From assembly GCA_028353405.1 (NCBI GenBank), contig JAOMOG010000006.1:8566-72565 (forward strand): DNA of 64,000 nt, written 5' to 3'. Origin of the DNA: Candidatus Poseidoniaceae archaeon. Its GTDB lineage: Archaea > Thermoplasmatota > Poseidoniia > Poseidoniales > Poseidoniaceae. Positions 8,942 to 18,593 of this stretch are shown piece after piece. The position numbers and the translations under genes are program-made. The first letter of the stretch is position 1; each line of letters starts with the position of its first letter. The notes below the pieces were generated by a model, which did not search any database, was not told the DNA's origin, and saw nothing but the letters and a program-made list of their open reading frames with translations.

Positions 8942-10291
8942 ATGGTAAAGACCATCTTTATCGGCGATGTCCAAGCCGGAAAATATGACGGACAAGAAGT
9001 AGAATTAATGGGCTGGGTAAAGCGTAGCCGTGGTTCTAATAAAATCCGCTTCGTAGTATTACGAGATTCTACTGGAGTAATTCAGTGCGTTGTCAAGAAA
9101 GATGCCATCGGTGAGGAATCATTTGAACAAGTAAAGGGTGCACTTATCGAATCATCAATAAAAATTACTGGTATGATAAATGCCGATGAGCGAGCAGATG
9201 GTGGGCATGAAATGGTTGCCAGTTCAATTGTAATAGTGGGTAGTGTAAACCCTGAACATCCATTCCCAATTACCGAATCGGCAATGAAAGCTGCTGATGG
9301 TGGAGAGACTGAATTTCTGCTCGACAACCGCCATCTCTACCTTAGAACTTCTAGAATGACTTCGATGTTACAAATGCGAAGCACTGTTTTCGGAGCAATT
9401 CATAATTACTTCAGAGACCTAGACTTTACTGAATATCAAGCACCTAACTTTGTTGCAGGTGCTGTCGAAGGTGGAAGCACCTTGTTTGAGGTCCCATATT
9501 TTCCAACGGAAAAGAATCCTGAAAGAAAGGTGTACCTGACCCAATCTTGGCAACTTTATGCCGAAGCGGCCATGCCTGCTTTGGAGCGGCTATACACAAT
9601 TGCTCCCTCGTTCAGAGCTGAGAAGTCACGCACTAGAAGACATTTAACCGAATTTTGGCATGCTGAAATGGAAGTTGCATGGGCTACCAATGATGAGATA
9701 ATGTCTCATGGAGAAGGTGTCGTTAGAAAGATTGCAAGTGACCTGCTTGAAAACCGTTCAACTGAACTTGAAAGCATTGGCAGAGATCTTGAACTGATAG
9801 CAAGATACGCTGATAGTCCATATCCTAGAATGAGATATGATGAAGCGGTTGAAACATTGCAGGGTATGGGGGTTGATGTCGAATGGGGTCAAGATTTAGA
9901 TTATTCAAAGGAGAAGGTATTGACTCAAGACTTTGATGTTCCACACTTCCTAACCCATTATCCAAAGATTGCAAAACCATTCTACCACAGAGTGGATCCA
10001 GATGAGGAAAAATATGTCCTTTGTCACGATCTATTAGCACCTGAAGGCTATGGAGAAATCATCGGTGGTGGTGAAAGAACTTGGTCAGAAGCAGAATTAC
10101 TTGCACGTCTAGATGAAGAAGGAACTGATAAGGCAGCATACCAATTTTACATCGATACTAGATCGTATGGTGGAGTTCCTCATGGCGGATTCGGACTCGG
10201 AGTTGATCGAGTATGTTCTTGGCTAACTGGTGCAGACCACATTAGAGAAGTAATTCCATTCCCTAGAGATTCACGAAGAGTTTCACCTTGA
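8942..10291 (+). CDS. asnS: Asparagine--tRNA ligase (class IIb Asp/Asn family)
   Basis: Has an N-terminal OB-fold block (GWVKRSRGSNKIRFVVLRD). Motif 2 FRAEKSRTRRHLTEFWHAEMEVAW resembles AsnRS more than archaeal AspRS. Motif 3 is GGFGLGVDR. Confidence 0.75.
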   Translation: MVKTIFIGDVQAGKYDGQEVELMGWVKRSRGSNKIRFVVLRDSTGVIQCVVKKDAIGEESFEQVKGALIESSIKITGMINADERADGGHEMVASSIVIVGSVNPEHPFPITESAMKAADGGETEFLLDNRHLYLRTSRMTSMLQMRSTVFGAIHNYFRDLDFTEYQAPNFVAGAVEGGSTLFEVPYFPTEKNPERKVYLTQSWQLYAEAAMPALERLYTIAPSFRAEKSRTRRHLTEFWHAEMEVAWATNDEIMSHGEGVVRKIASDLLENRSTELESIGRDLELIARYADSPYPRMRYDEAVETLQGMGVDVEWGQDLDYSKEKVLTQDFDVPHFLTHYPKIAKPFYHRVDPDEEKYVLCHDLLAPEGYGEIIGGGERTWSEAELLARLDEEGTDKAAYQFYIDTRSYGGVPHGGFGLGVDRVCSWLTGADHIREVIPFPRDSRRVSP

Positions 10292-10296
10292 TGCTC

Positions 10297-10410
10297 TTAG
10301 ATGAGTGGCTCCCCGCAATGAGGGCACGGTAATCCAGGTACAAATTCGCCCAACATAAATCCACAATGCGGGCAAAATGATGAAATAAAAATGTCCTCAA
10401 TGCCGTTCAT
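10297..10410 (-). CDS. Small zinc-ribbon protein (37 aa), below the ORF-track length cutoff
   Basis: My own translation gives MNGIEDIFISSFCPHCGFMLGEFVPGLPCPHCGEPLI*, with two CPHCG knuckles 14 residues apart. It sits in an otherwise empty 167-nt gap. Confidence 0.35.
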   Translation of the reverse strand: MNGIEDIFISSFCPHCGFMLGEFVPGLPCPHCGEPLI

Positions 10411-10458
10411 TGATACACGCTATGTGGTGGCGAAGTTATCAACTCTTGCACAAAAAAC

Positions 10459-11223
10459 CTAATTTATGGCATTTAGGATTAATTCTAACACTATTGAAAG
10501 ATCTTTTTCATCAACAACAACATCAGCATGCTCTTTGGGTCTATCATCCCAGGGATTGAAACAAATTGCTAATTTTGATTCTGCAAACATCCCTATATCT
10601 CCAGCAGAATCCCCGACTGATGCAGTTCTATCTTTGCTAATGCTCAATCTTCTTTGAAGCATTTTCACTACCGCACCTTTACCATTCATCTGAACTTGAT
10701 ATCTACCAAAATCATCTAACTCATAATCTCCATCGGGCAACGCCTTACCAACTAACCACCCATTAGTAAAAACATGAAGCTTAGTATCAAATCCAGAACA
10801 AATTCTTTCACTGGTGTGGCGGTCGATTCCGCCCCATCGCTTTCTCCACTTTTTGTCACTTGGAAACTCGGCCGCAATATCTCTTGCCGTTTGTTGTAAG
10901 CCACCACTTACTATTGCTACTGCGAAATTATTATCAATTAAAGTTGTAATCAGTTTGTTATAATTATTCATCATAGGAGCACCTACTAGATGCCCTCTCA
11001 TTTCGGAATCTGTCAATATTTTCTCAGGTGCACTTCTACTACCTTTTAGAAGAGCAATGTCCAACTTTATCCAGTCCCATTCATTGAGTAATCCCTGATT
11101 GTAGAGTTCAAACGATTCATCATTATTTATTCCCAACTTATCATAGACATATTGCCATGTAGAAAGGTGATCTACTAGAACACGGTCCATATCAAGACAT
11201 ACTAATCCTCTATACTCACTCAT
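10459..11223 (-). CDS. HAD-superfamily hydrolase (phosphoserine-phosphatase-like)
   Basis: Has the DxD nucleophile motif (VCLDMDRVLVD) and the distal GDSAGDIGMF motif. The ATG at 11223 avoids overlap with the upstream gene. Confidence 0.7.
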   Translation of the reverse strand: MSEYRGLVCLDMDRVLVDHLSTWQYVYDKLGINNDESFELYNQGLLNEWDWIKLDIALLKGSRSAPEKILTDSEMRGHLVGAPMMNNYNKLITTLIDNNFAVAIVSGGLQQTARDIAAEFPSDKKWRKRWGGIDRHTSERICSGFDTKLHVFTNGWLVGKALPDGDYELDDFGRYQVQMNGKGAVVKMLQRRLSISKDRTASVGDSAGDIGMFAESKLAICFNPWDDRPKEHADVVVDEKDLSIVLELILNAIN

Positions 11224-11243
11224 ATCATCACCACTAGATTCTC

Positions 11244-12104
11244 TCAATCCTTGTTTTTCCAATCATATTGAGATTGTATCTGCTCTGCTTGTTTACCCAT
11301 GATATAGAGAATCAGTGCGACCATCATTGCAAATAATCCAATCATTGTCATCGCAATAACAGATAATGTAACGCCTATGGATGTTGAATTCAACTCATCG
11401 AAGGTATCAACAACATTGCCTGATAATTTATATCCCAATACGAATAAAACGATTCCAGGAATTCCGAATAAAAACAAAGGGTGTTTGGATTCTATCATCC
11501 AATAGAATAGTTGAGCGAAGCGACTTGCGGTCGCTAGAGACTCTCGTTGCGGCAAGCCTACCGGTGAATTAGAACTAACGACTCTCACTCTGAGGTTTTC
11601 AGGTAAATCCATAGCATTGGCAAGCGGACTCAAATTAGACAAAGCTTCCATTCCTTTAGGAGTAAATACAAGATGATTAAATTCAACACTTGATAATACG
11701 ATTTCTTCCGTGTTGATGTTTTCCTTACCAGTACCCTTTACTGCTATATGTAAATCCCAGTTATCTCGTGCTCTATTGACCGTTAGTGGCAAATCCCGAA
11801 GTTTCCAGCTTGGTGTGATATGAATTAGAAGAGTACTAGCAATTTCCTCTAATTTGCTATTACGTAAAAAATTAACAATTTTCGCTGTTTCTAATTCATC
11901 GTCATAATTTAAAACTGGACAATCTACTTCTGATGCCAGTTCAACAGTCTCATCATTTGACCCCAAATCGAGGAAGATAACCTCATCTGCAACAGAACGG
12001 CATCGAACTATCAGTGAAATGACTCGCAATTCTACATCGCGACCGATCAAGATGACGCGTAATTCATTGCTCACAAAACCACTGTGCCTTTCTTCCTCTA
12101 TCAA
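11244..12104 (-). CDS. GT2-like membrane protein (divergent glycosyltransferase fold plus two C-terminal TM helices)
   Basis: Has a block resembling the GT-A N-terminus (VIFLDLGSNDETVELA) and a C-terminal TM hairpin (LFLFGIPGIVLFVLG, IAMTMIGLFAMMVALILYIM). Confidence 0.45.
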   Translation of the reverse strand: MIEEERHSGFVSNELRVILIGRDVELRVISLIVRCRSVADEVIFLDLGSNDETVELASEVDCPVLNYDDELETAKIVNFLRNSKLEEIASTLLIHITPSWKLRDLPLTVNRARDNWDLHIAVKGTGKENINTEEIVLSSVEFNHLVFTPKGMEALSNLSPLANAMDLPENLRVRVVSSNSPVGLPQRESLATASRFAQLFYWMIESKHPLFLFGIPGIVLFVLGYKLSGNVVDTFDELNSTSIGVTLSVIAMTMIGLFAMMVALILYIMGKQAEQIQSQYDWKNKD

Positions 12105-12128
12105 TTATACCTAGCAAAATTAATTTCA

Positions 12129-13151
12129 ATGTGGATTCCTTTGATTTTTTCCAAAACGGAGATTAGATTTGTGGGCTTAGTTATAGATTGGATAGCCCCA
12201 CGTCAATTCATGTTGCAGGAGTGGGGCATTGGCGTAGTCATTCCCGCTCGTAATGAATCTAGCCACATTGGGCGTGTTCTTTCGACAATCCCCGCATTTG
12301 TTGATTATGTGGTCGTAATTGATGACGGTTCATCCGATAATACGGCTGAAATTGCAAGTTCTACAAAATGTAGTGCAGAAGTAACCATAATCACATTAGG
12401 AGGGTTTGGAGTAGGAAATGCAATTGATACAGGCCACCAAAAACTAATCCAACTCTTTGCAGATTCAAAGTTTGTTAGTGCCGTAATGGCTGGAGATGGT
12501 CAAATGGACCCGGATGACCTTGAGGGTTTAGTTGGAAATGTAATCTCCGGTAAAGGTGAACACATCAAAGGAGATCGGTTTTTACATAGTGATGGGCTTA
12601 GAGAAATGCCGCTGATTCGTAGACTGGCAACCATACTACTGTCCTTTTTCACCACTCTAGCGGCTGGTCAAACAATATCAGATCCTCAATGTGGATATAC
12701 TGCAACAAGTGATACGGTTCTGCGCAATTGGAATTGGAACAAGTCTTGGAAAGGATACGGATATCCAAATTACTGGTTAATACAGTTAGCAAAATATGGA
12801 TGGAAAATAGAACACCATCCAGTCAGAGCAATTTATGAAGATCAAACTTCAGGGATAAATGGTATCTCATTTTTTTTCAAAGTCGGAATAATGATGATTA
12901 TACAACATCATGTTAGAAACTTCTCTTGGCTATTTTCCCGCCAAGTTTCACCCCACACTATTTTCGCTTGCATTTCATATTGCATCGGTTGGCTAGCCTT
13001 GATTCCAGGAATCTCAACCGATTTAGAACGTTCTTTAGTCGAACTAGGAATACCAATAGCAATCATCGTGACTTTCGCTTGGCTGTGTGCACATCTTTTT
13101 GATAGAATGGCTGTAGCCGCCAAACAGGAACTGAGGGTTGACATAGAATGA
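12129..13151 (+). CDS. Family-2 glycosyltransferase (dolichyl-phosphate sugar transferase-like), membrane-associated
   Basis: Contains VVIPARNES and VVVIDDGSSDNTAEIA, canonical GT2 motifs, plus C-terminal TM segments. The start is ambiguous: GTG 12084, ATG 12129 or ATG 12210. Confidence 0.75.
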   Translation: MWIPLIFSKTEIRFVGLVIDWIAPRQFMLQEWGIGVVIPARNESSHIGRVLSTIPAFVDYVVVIDDGSSDNTAEIASSTKCSAEVTIITLGGFGVGNAIDTGHQKLIQLFADSKFVSAVMAGDGQMDPDDLEGLVGNVISGKGEHIKGDRFLHSDGLREMPLIRRLATILLSFFTTLAAGQTISDPQCGYTATSDTVLRNWNWNKSWKGYGYPNYWLIQLAKYGWKIEHHPVRAIYEDQTSGINGISFFFKVGIMMIIQHHVRNFSWLFSRQVSPHTIFACISYCIGWLALIPGISTDLERSLVELGIPIAIIVTFAWLCAHLFDRMAVAAKQELRVDIE

Positions 13152-13186
13152 GATATCAGGGATTTACAACCAAGGGGGTTTAATCA

Positions 13187-13522
13187 ATGCGTAGACATGA
13201 CAGAAGAAGGAAACCAAGACTTGCTCATGTCCGTCACATATTGGTTGCTAACAAGCCTGATGCAAAGGAATGTCTTGATGCGATACAAGGAGCCAAGAAG
13301 CCTTTGAAAGAATTCAAAAAGTTAGCAAAAAAATACTCTACTTGCTCTAGTGGATCAAAAAAAGGTGATTTGGGAGAATTTGTTGAAGGACAAATGGTTC
13401 AGGATTTTGAAGAAGAAGTTTGGTCTATGCAGCCAGAAACTATTCCACAACGTTTTATCAAAACCCAATTTGGATTCCACATTATTTGGGTTCACTCGAT
13501 AACATTACCAGATAAGGATTGA
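13187..13522 (+). CDS. Parvulin-type peptidyl-prolyl cis-trans isomerase
   Basis: Contains HILV, CSSGSKKGDLGEF, GQMVQDFEE and FGFHII, the parvulin/PpiC pattern. The length is 111 aa. Confidence 0.8.
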   Translation: MRRHDRRRKPRLAHVRHILVANKPDAKECLDAIQGAKKPLKEFKKLAKKYSTCSSGSKKGDLGEFVEGQMVQDFEEEVWSMQPETIPQRFIKTQFGFHIIWVHSITLPDKD

Positions 13523-13563
13523 ACAAATGCATAGTCATTAGACTATGAGCAATATCAATAAAG

Positions 13564-13638
13564 TGGGCGTACCAAGATTTGAACTTGGGTCCAAGCGTCC
13601 CAAACGCCCGAGTATAGGCCAAACTAACCCATACGCCC
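13564..13638 (-). tRNA. tRNA-Pro (anticodon UGG)
   Basis: The reverse complement gives acceptor GGGCGTA/TACGCCC, anticodon loop TTTGGGA (UGG), T-arm CCAAG TTCAAAT CTTGG and discriminator A. No CCA is encoded. Confidence 0.9.
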
Positions 13639-13672
13639 TTGATTCTTTGCCACAGCCTTTACCATATGAACT

Positions 13673-14110
13673 TCACTCAAGAAGAGTCCAGCGGTTTTTA
13701 CCAATACGGAGTAACATACCTTGCGTTTCTGCCATAGAAATCAAATCTTCAGGGTCAATATCGGTGTTTTTAGATTCTATCGTTGTAGTTACTGAATGAA
13801 TAGTAACTTCACCATTTTCATCAGCTGATTGATGTACCCATTTAGCCATAGTGAATGCTGGTGGGTCTGAATTCTGGACAAGTGCTTCGGTCGATTGCAA
13901 TTTTTTCCTCAGAGTGTCTCTCAATTCCTCAGGAGTATTGGCAATGGCAACTTCCATTCTAAGTTCTGTCTCAGAATTGACTGTTGATACAATTTCTGCA
14001 TTTTCACCGATCACATTTCCACAGTGCGGGCACTTCTTGTAATTACCATTTGAACCATGACATATTCTGCACGCACGGCAACGAACAACAATCCACTGTT
14101 TTCCTTGCAT
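13673..14110 (-). CDS. Zinc-ribbon protein of unknown function
   Basis: N-terminal CRACRIC...(11)...CPHCG metal-binding knuckles are followed by an acidic domain of about 100 aa. ATG at 14110. Confidence 0.5.
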   Translation of the reverse strand: MQGKQWIVVRCRACRICHGSNGNYKKCPHCGNVIGENAEIVSTVNSETELRMEVAIANTPEELRDTLRKKLQSTEALVQNSDPPAFTMAKWVHQSADENGEVTIHSVTTTIESKNTDIDPEDLISMAETQGMLLRIGKNRWTLLE

Positions 14111-14140
14111 AATTCTCAAACCCAATCAAGACTTAATTAA

Positions 14141-14812
14141 TTAGAGTGAAAAATCTGTATCTCCAGAAATATTTGGCTTTCTTCCACCCGGTCTCAATGC
14201 AGGTGCAGCGGGTGCTTTAACCTCAACACGATTAACCGCAGAATCGGATGCTTGGCGAGTTAATCCGCCTCGAACAGGGCCAGTAGCAGTATTTGCTCCA
14301 AGTGATAATGAATTAGGTAAAATCAGTGCAGCCATTGCAACGCCATGGTGGTCACCGGCAGCTGTAACTTCATCAACTGCTAAATCAAATGAAACAACTT
14401 CTAAATCCCTACTCGCGAGTCTTCGTTGTAAATTTCTTCGCAGTAATAATGACGTTTCATCGTAATCTAAATTCGTTGAAATAGTTGCAACAATTGCGCA
14501 TTCATCTCCTTCAGGAGTACGACAAAATGCCCATGCAACACCAGCACATGCGCTAGCACCACTCCATGCAAATGATGTTGCTAAATGGCATTCTACTAAG
14601 GAACCCATCGGCAAGGCTTGTGGAGGTACGGCTTCAAACCCTAATGGTAACATCGCTCCCTTTACTTGGATTAAACGTGCATCCCCCAGACCTAATTCAA
14701 CTAGACCTTGGTCAAATGCATCTTCTTCATTTTCACCCCAAGGAGCGACGGCTGTCATCAGCCATCCTGGGCAAGCGGCGGAGGATTGTTGAGGGTTAGT
14801 TGATGATATCAT
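14141..14812 (-). CDS. PvlArgDC (PdaD)-family protein, atypical: lacks the self-cleavage serine
   Basis: It is colinear with my recollection of pyruvoyl-dependent arginine decarboxylase (AFD..L...G.G...LI, LPMG.LV, terminal HGVAMAALILP). The Ser-Ser cleavage site position reads K-G (LIQVKGAMLP). It also has a C-terminal extension of about 60 aa. Confidence 0.6.
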   Translation of the reverse strand: MISSTNPQQSSAACPGWLMTAVAPWGENEEDAFDQGLVELGLGDARLIQVKGAMLPLGFEAVPPQALPMGSLVECHLATSFAWSGASACAGVAWAFCRTPEGDECAIVATISTNLDYDETSLLLRRNLQRRLASRDLEVVSFDLAVDEVTAAGDHHGVAMAALILPNSLSLGANTATGPVRGGLTRQASDSAVNRVEVKAPAAPALRPGGRKPNISGDTDFSL

Positions 14813-14881
14813 GAGTTAGCAGAGGTGCAACAGGTTCATGAATAGAGTGGTTCACCCGACATTGTGGAACTGCTTTCTAGA

Positions 14882-15169
14882 CGAATGATGTCATTAGCCA
14901 TCATTCTTTTTGTGATTTTGATTTTTGCTCAACATGTCATCACCACAAAAAATTATAATTTAATACTTCCAGCAGTCATATTTTCAATTGTTTTGATATT
15001 GCTAACATCTACATTATCAAGTGAAAAGAAAAACAACTCACCCTCTTCTAGTGCTGGGTTAAATCACATAGTGAAGAACACTAGTAATAATGGACAAACT
15101 TCAATCGAAGAGACTCAAACAGCAATCCCAGACCCAATTCAATCTGGCTACGATATTCCCTTGATGTGA
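14882..15169 (+). CDS. Small membrane protein, hypothetical
   Basis: Has two hydrophobic helices followed by a polar tail. I recognise no homology. It could be spurious. Confidence 0.3.
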   Translation, partial: RMMSLAIILFVILIFAQHVITTKNYNLILPAVIFSIVLILLTSTLSSEKKNNSPSSSAGLNHIVKNTSNNGQTSIEETQTAIPDPIQSGYDIPLM

Positions 15170-17137
15170 TCACATCAAACGAACCGTTTCTAGATTCTTT
15201 GGAGCGTATGTTCTACATTTGTAGCGATCTCGTAAAGTTCTACCAAGTTCATTACATTTGAAATAATCACCGTGGTGGCAAATAATATTCTGCGGCTTCG
15301 GGTTTATTTGGTCAACGAATTCTAGCAATTGTTTACGGTCAGAGTGACCCGAAAATCCATCAATTGTCAGCATTTCACAACCAACCTTTACGATTTCAGT
15401 TTTACCATTTATTACCATTGGAACCTCTCCGAATCCTTTTTGCAATCTTCTTCCTAGAGTTCCTTCTGCTTGATATCCAACGAAACAAAGAGAGTTTCTA
15501 TCTTCATGAGCCCAGTGTTTGAAATATTCCATTACCGGTCCTCCACTCATCATTCCAGATGTTGCTAGGACAATACATGGTGAAGAATCATGAATAATAC
15601 TATCTCGTAACTCTCTTCCTTTTACCGGTCTAAACCATGCACTAGTGAATGGATTTTCTCCATCATCTTGTAGCAAGGATTTCCTTAGACTACTTGTTAG
15701 ATAATCTGGGTGTGATGCGTGAATTGCTGTTGCTTCCTGAATCATTCCATCGAGCCATACTGGTACCGGTTTCACTGCTCCCGAACGGAATAGTTCATCG
15801 ATTGCAATCATTACTTCTTGACTACGACCTACTGCGAAAACCGGACAAATGATTTTACCACCTCTCCTAAGTGTTCTTGAAACAATATCCTGTAATTCTT
15901 GATTCGCTTCTTGACGGCTTGGTTGATAATCTCCAGATGCACCATATGTTGATTCCAAAACTAAAGTTTCAACGCGTGGGAATCTTGTATTTGCAGCATC
16001 GAACAGCCATGATTTCTCATACTTTTGGTCACCGGATAGAACAATATTATGCTTGCCCTCACCAATCTGCAAGTGAACTGCAGAAGAACCTAAGATGTGT
16101 CCTGCATTAGAGAAAGTCAATTTTACATCTGGAGTGATTTGTGTTGTTTCTCCCCAATTAACATCCACTACGTGCTTCATACAGGTGCGAATATCTTCCA
16201 TCTCATATGGGCATCTTTTTCCTTCAGCGCCACTAACTTTCAAATAATCAGTCTGCAATAAAAGCATCAAATCACGGGTTGGAGGTGTACAGTAAACTGG
16301 ACCTTTGTAACCGTACTTGAACAAAACAGGAAGCATTCCAGCGTGATCTAGATGTGAATGCGTCAAAACTACTGCATCTAACTTCTCAATTGGTAAAGCT
16401 TCAGGTGCAGTGAAGTATGGCATCGGATCGGTATCGCTAGCGATATTGACTCCGACATCAACCATCACTCTTGATTCGTTTGTTGTAATGTAATGGCAAG
16501 CCCTACCTACTTCTCGGTAGGACCCAAGCGCAGTTAAACGAGCCCACTGTTGACCAGGTCTTGTTGGTCTGTAGATATTTAGACCAAAGTCCTTCAATAA
16601 TTTTCTCCTTTCTTTGTGATTTGCTTGCCTATATCCTCGAATGTCATGGACCGTCTTAGAATGAATCGGCGGGGTTCTTTCCACCTTAACCAGCCAGCCA
16701 CATTTATCCCTGATTTCTTTTATATTTGCGCCCTTTCTTCCGATTGCATTTCCTGGTTTGTCGCACTGAATAATAAGTTCTCGTAAGCATTCATCGAAGT
16801 AAATCTGTCGAATTTCCACATCATCTGGAATTATTTCTTTGATTATTTTCGTAGTTTCTTCTTCTGACAGCATTATGCTTTCATCAGGCCTTAAGATCAC
16901 TTTCTTTTTAATGGTCTTAGAAATCTTACCCAAGAACCCTTCCGAACCTGTAAATCTATCCAACATAGTAGTCACAATGACAATGTCACCGGCTTCTAAA
17001 TCAACTGAATAATCCACTGAATCAGGAATTATCTTGGCTATTTCATCTTTTAATTGTTTAAACGTTTGGCGCATTAACTCACCTTCTCCCACTCCGCCCA
17101 ATAAATTGGCAGTACCCACTATGTGTGGTTGCAACAT
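15170..17137 (-). CDS. fttA: aCPSF1/FttA, beta-CASP metallo-beta-lactamase RNase with N-terminal KH domains
   Basis: Contains the KH-type GxxG (IGRKGANIKEI) and the MBL motif THSHLDHAG, followed by beta-CASP and C-terminal HGD blocks. It lies adjacent to psmB, as in many archaea. An alternative start is the ATG at 17074. Confidence 0.9.
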   Translation of the reverse strand: MLQPHIVGTANLLGGVGEGELMRQTFKQLKDEIAKIIPDSVDYSVDLEAGDIVIVTTMLDRFTGSEGFLGKISKTIKKKVILRPDESIMLSEEETTKIIKEIIPDDVEIRQIYFDECLRELIIQCDKPGNAIGRKGANIKEIRDKCGWLVKVERTPPIHSKTVHDIRGYRQANHKERRKLLKDFGLNIYRPTRPGQQWARLTALGSYREVGRACHYITTNESRVMVDVGVNIASDTDPMPYFTAPEALPIEKLDAVVLTHSHLDHAGMLPVLFKYGYKGPVYCTPPTRDLMLLLQTDYLKVSGAEGKRCPYEMEDIRTCMKHVVDVNWGETTQITPDVKLTFSNAGHILGSSAVHLQIGEGKHNIVLSGDQKYEKSWLFDAANTRFPRVETLVLESTYGASGDYQPSRQEANQELQDIVSRTLRRGGKIICPVFAVGRSQEVMIAIDELFRSGAVKPVPVWLDGMIQEATAIHASHPDYLTSSLRKSLLQDDGENPFTSAWFRPVKGRELRDSIIHDSSPCIVLATSGMMSGGPVMEYFKHWAHEDRNSLCFVGYQAEGTLGRRLQKGFGEVPMVINGKTEIVKVGCEMLTIDGFSGHSDRKQLLEFVDQINPKPQNIICHHGDYFKCNELGRTLRDRYKCRTYAPKNLETVRLM

Positions 17138-17161
17138 GGAGTTGTGGGAATTGGAACGTAC

Positions 17162-17791
17162 TCACTTGAGTAGTTTGGAAATCTCTTGCTCAGAGACTTG
17201 CTGGTAGCCGTCTTTGGCAGTAATTACTGCTAAATCCATGCCGTTGCCGGAGGCTGCATCACGCTGCCCCGATGCGTAAAGGGCGCGTGCCGCGAGTTTC
17301 AATGCTTCGCTTCGATTCATGCCCTCTGTAAAATTGTCTTCTAGGACACCATACATGTATGGAGAACCTGAACCAGTAGCACAATAAGAATCGGGAATAG
17401 AGCCACCTGCGGAGTCAATAGAGTATACATGACCACCATCTTCATCCACACCTACAATCAATAATTGTACCCAGTGAGGTTTGCCGACCAGAATATTTGC
17501 AGTCATTGTCGCAGCACCCTTGACAGTCATTGGCTGTTGCCGACGAAGTTCAAACAGAGAAATTTCTGCTGATAGAGTTCTTGAAAGTGATTGTGCATGA
17601 CCTACGAGACCTGCAGTTGTTAGAGCGAGATTTTTTCCTATCTGGAATAGTTTCTGCACATTCTTGTTTGCAATAAAGTGCCCCATAGTTGCTCTATGAT
17701 CAGCGCCGACAACGACTCCGTCGGCAAAAGTAATCCCAATTGTGCTTGTTCCAGTCTTTACGACATTCGGTGGTGTATCCATCATCATCAA
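17162..17791 (-). CDS. psmB: Proteasome subunit beta
   Basis: A short propeptide precedes TGTSTIGITFADGVVVGAD, which carries the catalytic Thr. The rest fits the Ntn-hydrolase pattern. Confidence 0.9.
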   Translation of the reverse strand: MMMMDTPPNVVKTGTSTIGITFADGVVVGADHRATMGHFIANKNVQKLFQIGKNLALTTAGLVGHAQSLSRTLSAEISLFELRRQQPMTVKGAATMTANILVGKPHWVQLLIVGVDEDGGHVYSIDSAGGSIPDSYCATGSGSPYMYGVLEDNFTEGMNRSEALKLAARALYASGQRDAASGNGMDLAVITAKDGYQQVSEQEISKLLK

Positions 17792-17960
17792 TCTTCCTTG
17801 GTGGCGACACCTATTGAACTTTGAGCCGCAATTCCTTCCTGCAATCGGACCCTTATCAACCTCACGAAAAGAATAGATGGAATAATATCGGTCTTTAACC
17901 GGTCTTTTTTGAACGAATGATAGGGAGGGGTTCTTGAATCGTCGCCATCCCCGTCTAAAT

Positions 17961-18593
17961 ATGGCGAGGAAGAAAGATGAGGGCGAGGATGCTCATCAAT
18001 ACTCCCTCGATGCTTTTTTGAATCCTCAAGAGGATTCGGAAGTGAAAGTTCAAAGTACTGATTCCGACGAATCTAATGACATTCCATCGATGCTTGATTT
18101 AGACGACATTGAATCTACTGAAGTAGATCCTGTGGTAGAAGAAACGATTACTCAACCGATAGTTGAGATTAATCCACTTCGATCTTTTGAAATGCCTAGT
18201 TCTCAAAATAATAATGTGAAAACAACACCCAAAACAAAATTAGTTTTCCATGACCTAGAAAAAATGTATCCAAACCCTCCGATGAAGGATGATACAAATG
18301 GATTGGTAATTCATAGAGCGGTTTTGCATGACTTGACTGGAATCGGACAATTGATGGATTGGCTGAGCGATGACCATGGGGCGATAGTTGAAATGAGCCG
18401 CCTGATGAAACGAGATGTTGAATTCACAACAGCTCTAAACAGACTAAACCAATTTATTGAAGGCGATTTAGGAGGACAAATTATCCAACTCACTGAATCC
18501 AGATTGATGTTTCTCCCACCAGGCTGTCGCGGATTAAAAGGCTTAGATACTGAAGCATTTGCAGCCGAGGATTTAGGACAGAGGCGTTTTTGA
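17961..18593 (+). CDS. SepF-like cell-division protein with a long acidic N-terminal extension
   Basis: The C-terminal ~85 aa (GAIVEMSRLMKRDVEFTTALNRLNQFIEGDLGGQIIQLTESRLMFLPPG) follow the SepF/DUF552 pattern. The N-terminal ~120 aa are acidic and low in complexity. Confidence 0.5.
   Translation: MARKKDEGEDAHQYSLDAFLNPQEDSEVKVQSTDSDESNDIPSMLDLDDIESTEVDPVVEETITQPIVEINPLRSFEMPSSQNNNVKTTPKTKLVFHDLEKMYPNPPMKDDTNGLVIHRAVLHDLTGIGQLMDWLSDDHGAIVEMSRLMKRDVEFTTALNRLNQFIEGDLGGQIIQLTESRLMFLPPGCRGLKGLDTEAFAAEDLGQRRF

Noticed and set aside
13545-13799. Track ORF of 84 aa on the + strand
   Set aside because: It runs antisense through tRNA-Pro (13564-13638) and into the 3' end of the zinc-ribbon gene. It is an artefact.
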